Positions 46,253-50,147 of a DNA stretch of 50,147 bases are shown piece after piece. The first letter of the stretch is position 1. The number at the start of each line of letters is the position of its first letter. The translations under genes were made by a program, and so were the position numbers. Origin of the DNA: an uncultured Anaerolineae bacterium. Lineage in GTDB: Bacteria; Chloroflexota; Anaerolineae; Aggregatilineales; UBA3940. The notes below the pieces were generated by a model. The model made no database searches, was not told where the DNA came from, and worked only from the letters and a program-made list of their open reading frames with translations. The DNA is taken from positions 1 to 50,147 of the forward strand of contig CAZDLX010000005.1 in the NCBI GenBank assembly GCA_964506005.1, read 5' to 3'.

Positions 46253-47196
46253 ACGCCGAAGTCTTCGCGGAGTGGCTGCGCCGCCAGGGGTACCGCGTTC
46301 TGCGCACGCCGAGCAGCTACTGGTACGAGGCCAGCGCGCGGGTCTACCAGGCGTTCCCGTACCACTGGCTGATCGAGCCGCCGGAGCGAGAGCTGCGCGA
46401 CCTGCTGGTGAAGCACAATGCCGTCGCCCTGCGCTACTCGGCGCCGGTCGACTCACCGCGCGGCAAGGTGAGCTACCACGTCGTCTGCCGGGACCCGGCA
46501 TATGATTTGCCAGTCCTGAGCCGCCAGACGCGCCAGAACGTCAACAAAGGCCTGAAGTACGCCTGCGTCGAGCCCATCCCGATGTCGCGGCTGGCGACGG
46601 AGGGCTGGAAGCTGCGGCTCGATACGCTGGAACGCCAGGGGCGCGTCGGCTCTGAGACGGAGGAATGGTGGCAGCGCATGTGCGAGAGCGCGGAGGATTT
46701 ACCCGGCTTCGAGGCCTGGGGCGCGCTGCACGACGGGGAGCTGGTTGCGTCGTTCCTCGCCTTCGTGTGCGACGACTTCTTCACGCTGCCGCACGAGCAG
46801 AGCGCCTCGGCGCATCTGCCGCACCGCGTCAACAACGCCATCTTCTTCGCCGTCACGCAGATGGCGATGCAGCGCCCCGGCATCTCCGAGGTGTTCTTCT
46901 GCCTGCAGTCGCTGGACGCGCCGGAAAGCGTAGACCAGTTCAAGTTTCGGATGGGCAACACACCCAAGCCGGTGCGCCAGCGGGTCGTCTTTCACCCGCT
47001 GCTCGCACCGTTCGTCAACCGGGCGCTGCACGGGGCAGTGCGGCGGCGGCTGGCCAGGGATGAGCACAGCCCGTTCTGGGCCAAGGTGGAGGGCATGATC
47101 CGCTTCTACCTGGACGGCAAGCAGACGCCAGAGCAGCAGGAATGGCCCAAGTGCCTGGCCGAGCTAGAAGCCGCCGGGCTCGAAGCGTCGCAGTAG
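46249..47196 (+). CDS. Hypothetical protein, probable GNAT/FemAB-like acyltransferase fold
   Basis: LSRQTRQNVNKGLK (FemAB-like helix), WGALHDGELVAS, VNNAIFF and SVDQFKFRMG (GNAT_6/FemAB-like FKxxxG). Confidence 0.6.
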   Translation: MNAEVFAEWLRRQGYRVLRTPSSYWYEASARVYQAFPYHWLIEPPERELRDLLVKHNAVALRYSAPVDSPRGKVSYHVVCRDPAYDLPVLSRQTRQNVNKGLKYACVEPIPMSRLATEGWKLRLDTLERQGRVGSETEEWWQRMCESAEDLPGFEAWGALHDGELVASFLAFVCDDFFTLPHEQSASAHLPHRVNNAIFFAVTQMAMQRPGISEVFFCLQSLDAPESVDQFKFRMGNTPKPVRQRVVFHPLLAPFVNRALHGAVRRRLARDEHSPFWAKVEGMIRFYLDGKQTPEQQEWPKCLAELEAAGLEASQ

Positions 47197-47268
47197 GGAT
47201 AGGGGCGAGGTGAGCAAGTGGGGCGTTGGTAGGCTTGATTCGAGCAGGTATCGTGCTGGAGGTTTACC

Positions 47269-48462
47269 ATGGCTAACCCAAGGCTTATCGAGGAAGCGCC
47301 CCCCATCAGGAGCGAGTTCCTGCCCTTTTCTCGCCCGGAGATTGGTGAAGAGGAGATCGAGGAGGTCGTAGAGGCGTTGAGGTCCGGCTGGGTCACAACC
47401 GGACCGCGCACCAAGGAATTTGAGCACCGGACCGCCGAGTACATCGGCGCGAAGCACGCCATCGCCGTGAACTCGTGCACCGGCGGGCTGCACATCGCCC
47501 TGGCGGCGATAGGCGTGGGGCCCGGCGACGAGGTTATCACCTCGCCGCTAACCTTCTGCTCGACCGCCAATGTGGTCGTGCACCTCGGCGCGACGCCGGT
47601 CTTTGCCGACATCCGCGAGGACTACAACATCGACCCGGCAGAGATCGAGCGCCGGATCACGCCGCGCACCAAGGCCATCATCCCGGTGCACTTCGGCGGG
47701 CAGCCGTGCCGCATGGACGAGATCCTCGCCCTGGCGAGGGCGCACGAGCTGCGCGTCATCGAGGACGCCGCGCACGCCATCGGCGCTACCTATCGCGACC
47801 GCATGGTAGGCACGATGGGCGACGCAACGGCCTTCAGCTTCTACCCGACGAAGAACATGACGACCGGCGAAGGCGGCATGGTCACGACGGAGGACGACGA
47901 GCTCGCCGAGCGGATGCGGCTGCTCAGCCTGCACGGGATCAGCAAGGACGCCTGGAAGCGCTACACGAGCGAGGGCTCGTGGTACTACGAGGTCATTTAC
48001 GCGGGCTACAAGTACAACATGACGGATATCCAGGCGGCGATGGGCCTGCACCAGCTCGCCAAGCTCAACCGCTTCCTCGACCTGCGGGCCAGCATGGTCG
48101 CCCGGTACGAGCAGGCCTTCCGCGACATCCCCGAGATCCGCAGGCCGGTGGTCGGCGACGACGTGTGCCCGGCCTGGCACCTGTACGCCATCCAGCTAGA
48201 GCTGGAGCGGCTCACGATCAACCGCGCCGAGTTCGTCGAGGCGCTGCGCGCGCAGAACATCGGCAGCAGCATCCACTTCATCCCGGTCCACCTGCACCCG
48301 TACTACCGCGACCGCTATGGCTACAAGCCCGGCGACTACCCGCGCACCGAGCACACCTACGAGCGCATCATCTCGCTGCCGCTCTTCCCGGGAATGAAGG
48401 CGGAGGACCTGGAGGACGTGATCGCCGCCGTGACGTGGATCGTGCAGAAGCACCGCAGATAA
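47269..48462 (+). CDS. DegT/DnrJ/EryC1/StrS family PLP-dependent sugar aminotransferase
   Basis: SGWVTTGP, VNSCTGGL, PVHFGG, IEDAAHA, FSFYPTKNMTTGEGG and GYKYNMTD. Confidence 0.95.
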   Translation: MANPRLIEEAPPIRSEFLPFSRPEIGEEEIEEVVEALRSGWVTTGPRTKEFEHRTAEYIGAKHAIAVNSCTGGLHIALAAIGVGPGDEVITSPLTFCSTANVVVHLGATPVFADIREDYNIDPAEIERRITPRTKAIIPVHFGGQPCRMDEILALARAHELRVIEDAAHAIGATYRDRMVGTMGDATAFSFYPTKNMTTGEGGMVTTEDDELAERMRLLSLHGISKDAWKRYTSEGSWYYEVIYAGYKYNMTDIQAAMGLHQLAKLNRFLDLRASMVARYEQAFRDIPEIRRPVVGDDVCPAWHLYAIQLELERLTINRAEFVEALRAQNIGSSIHFIPVHLHPYYRDRYGYKPGDYPRTEHTYERIISLPLFPGMKAEDLEDVIAAVTWIVQKHRR

Positions 48463-48472
48463 GGGAGGGCCA

Positions 48473-49114
48473 ATGCTGAAACGAGGCTTTGACCTGCTCG
48501 TCGCGCTGGTGGGGCTGTGCCTGCTTTCGCCGCTGGTACTGGTCGCCGGCGCGCTGATCAAGCTCGACACGCCGGGGCCGGTCTTCTACCGTGGGGACCG
48601 GATCGGTAAGGACGGCGTGCCGTTCAAGATGCTCAAGTTCCGCACGATGGTGGTCAACGCCGACCGGGTGGGGTCGGCGCTGACGCACCGCGGCGACCCG
48701 CGCGTGACGCGGGTGGGCCGCCGGCTGCGTGACTGGAAGCTCGACGAGATCCCGCAGCTTGTCAACGTGCTGCGCGGGGAGATGAGCCTCGTCGGGCCGC
48801 GCCCCGAGGCGCCGGGCTACGTGGCGCACTACACGCCCGAGCAGCGGCGTGTGCTGAGCGTGCGGCCCGGCATCACCGGGCCCACGCAGATCCGCTACCG
48901 GCATGAGGAGACGCTGCTCAGCCAGTATGCCGACCGTGAGGCGGCGTACATCAACGTCGTGATGCCGCAGAAGCTGGCCATCGACCTTGAGTACGTCGAG
49001 CACCACACGTTTCCCGGCGACCTGCTGCTCATCGCGCAGACGGTGCTGGCGGTGTTCTCGCCCGACCGATCCGCCGAGACCGTCACAGAAGTGTCTAAAA
49101 CGCCAACCCTGTAG
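48473..49114 (+). CDS. Priming phosphoglycosyltransferase (PglC-like sugar transferase)
   Basis: [40 protein letters not shown] and PGITG. Confidence 0.93.
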   Translation: MLKRGFDLLVALVGLCLLSPLVLVAGALIKLDTPGPVFYRGDRIGKDGVPFKMLKFRTMVVNADRVGSALTHRGDPRVTRVGRRLRDWKLDEIPQLVNVLRGEMSLVGPRPEAPGYVAHYTPEQRRVLSVRPGITGPTQIRYRHEETLLSQYADREAAYINVVMPQKLAIDLEYVEHHTFPGDLLLIAQTVLAVFSPDRSAETVTEVSKTPTL

Positions 49115-49136
49115 GGCACTGCAAGGAGGTGCCACG

Positions 49137-49682
49137 ATGAAGCTCGAAGACTCCGGGCTGGGCTGCCAGCTACCGTGCTACCCGCTGGTGTCCGAGGGCC
49201 TGCTGCCCACGCCGCCCGCCTCGCTGGCGAGGAAGATCAAGCTGTTCATCCGGCGCCGCATGAGCCCCACGCGGGAGCGGGCCCTCAAGAACCGCACGAA
49301 CCGCTGGATGAACCGCATCGCCGAGCTACGCGGCAAGCCCACCAGGCCGACCGCGCCGCCGGAGGCGCTGGCGGCGACCAACCTCCAGGCCGGCGACGTG
49401 GTCCGCGTGCGCTCGAAGGAGGAGATCGAGGCCACGCTCAACCACTGGCGGCAGCTCAAGGGCTGCGGCTTCATGCCGGAGATGGAGGGCTACTGCGGCA
49501 CAACCCAGCGGGTGCTGAAGCGCGTCGAGCGGTTCGTGGACGAGCGCGACCTGCTGGTGAAGAAGGCGCGGGGCATTGTGTTCCTGGACGGGGTGTTCTG
49601 CCAAGGCACCGCGGACTTCGGCCCCTGCGACCGCACCTGCTACTTCTTCTGGCGGGAGGAGTGGCTGGAGAAGGTTGGGTGA
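49137..49682 (+). CDS. Cys-rich hypothetical protein
   Basis: ATG after AAGGAGG, coding-like codon usage, and LQAGDVVRVRSKEEI...GCGFMPEM..YCG...FCQG...CDRTCYFFWREEWL. Confidence 0.72.
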   Translation: MKLEDSGLGCQLPCYPLVSEGLLPTPPASLARKIKLFIRRRMSPTRERALKNRTNRWMNRIAELRGKPTRPTAPPEALAATNLQAGDVVRVRSKEEIEATLNHWRQLKGCGFMPEMEGYCGTTQRVLKRVERFVDERDLLVKKARGIVFLDGVFCQGTADFGPCDRTCYFFWREEWLEKVG

Positions 49683-49787
49683 GGAGTCGTGCACCGGACT
49701 TGAGCGATTATTGTGAATAATCCTTACATAGCATGTAGGTATTTTGACGGTTCTAGGTAACGTCGAAGCCGCCCGTTACTGGCGAAC

Positions 49788-49830
49788 AAAAAGGAGAAGC
49801 ACGGCACAGACCGTTGTGCCGCGCTTCTCC
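49788..49830 (-). terminator. Intrinsic terminator downstream of tRNA-Glu (could also act on the convergent + strand operon)
   Basis: Minus strand reads GGAGAAGCGCGGCACA-ACGGTC-TGTGCCGTGCTTCTCC followed by TTTTT. Confidence 0.85.
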
Positions 49831-49832
49831 TA

Positions 49833-49905
49833 TGCCCCCAAGGGGATTCGAACCCCTGTCTTGGCCTTGAAAGGGCCACGTCCTAGTCCTCTAGACGATG
49901 GGGGC
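49833..49905 (-). tRNA. tRNA-Glu (anticodon TTC)
   Basis: Reverse complement is GCCCCCATCGTCTAGAGGACTAGGACGTGGCCCTTTCAAGGCCAAGACAGGGGTTCGAATCCCCTTGGGGGCA: cloverleaf, anticodon loop CT-TTC-AA, T-loop GTTCGAATC. CCA is not encoded. Confidence 0.97.
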
Positions 49906-49917
49906 CTGACCGGGAGG

Positions 49918-49946
49918 ATTTTAACCTATCCTGCGCCCTCGTTCAA
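49918..49946 (-). promoter_or_regulatory. Sigma70-type promoter for tRNA-Glu
   Basis: Minus strand TTGAAC, 17-bp spacer, TAAAAT, ending about 12 nt before the tRNA 5' end. Confidence 0.7.
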
Positions 49947-49987
49947 CTTTTCCCTGGGCGGGACAGGATGCGAAAATGCCAGTTTGA

Positions 49988-50053
49988 ATCCCTCCCCCTC
50001 CTTGCTGGCGGGGAGGGGGTGGCGGACGGCGAGGCCGGCCGCCGGGGGTGGGG
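49988..50053. repeat. REP-like GC-rich palindromic element
   Basis: CCCTCCCCCTCC...GGGGAGGGGG...GGGGGTGGGG hairpin-type pattern just downstream of a stop codon, within a segment bracketed by a 14-bp direct repeat. Confidence 0.45.
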
Positions 50054-50070
50054 TTCAACTTTTCCCGCGC

Positions 50071-50147
50071 TTAGATCGGCGGGCGGCGGTCATGCCAGTC
50101 CGTCACCTGCTGGTAGGCGTGCGCCACGCGCAGCAGCAGCCCCGAAT
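50071..50147 (-). CDS. 3' end of an amidase-signature family gene (GatA-like)
   Basis: Minus strand reads ...SGLLLRVAHAYQQVTDWHDRRPPI*, resembling the C-terminus of GatA/amidases. Only 24 codons are visible. Confidence 0.65.
   Translation of the reverse strand, partial: SGLLLRVAHAYQQVTDWHDRRPPI

Noticed and set aside
49833-49905. tRNA-Glu as attachment site of an integrated island carrying the EPS locus
   Set aside because: No integrase and no duplicated tRNA 3' end were found in the window. It cannot be excluded beyond the left edge.
1-50147. CRISPR array, rRNA, prophage or defence genes
   Set aside because: No regularly spaced short repeats or recognisable motifs were seen.

Overview
High-GC bacterial DNA (gene style is reminiscent of Chloroflexota, which is inference only). 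About 46 kb is a surface-polysaccharide locus with three transcription units. Unit 1 (+, 3910-24782) is a Wzx/Wzy-type cluster. It opens with a degenerate GGDEF membrane protein, a receiver-domain/priming-phosphoglycosyltransferase fusion and an apparently dead Wzc. It also carries a phosphonate cassette: deacetylase, SerA-like reductase, PEP mutase and ATP-grasp ligase, flanked by four kinase-fold genes. No phosphonopyruvate decarboxylase or cytidylyltransferase is present, so the best candidate novel system is a phosphonolactate-decorated glycan. Unit 2 (-, 30213 to 24763) has a Wzc with a C-terminal receiver domain, a membrane-anchored epimerase, an orphan HlyD-type adaptor and a methyltransferase. 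Unit 3 (+, 31074-49682) is a second Wzx/Wzy cluster with CapK-like ligases, including a perfect 1620-bp tandem duplication that creates a chimeric copy. Units 2 and 3 are driven by a 242-bp inverted repeat containing a full promoter and leader. The left flank holds a subtilase plus a stand-alone propeptide-like lipoprotein and an SDR relic. The right flank holds tRNA-Glu and the 3' end of a GatA/amidase-like gene. No IS element, integrase or CRISPR array was seen. All calls come from reading motifs by eye; no database searches were run.
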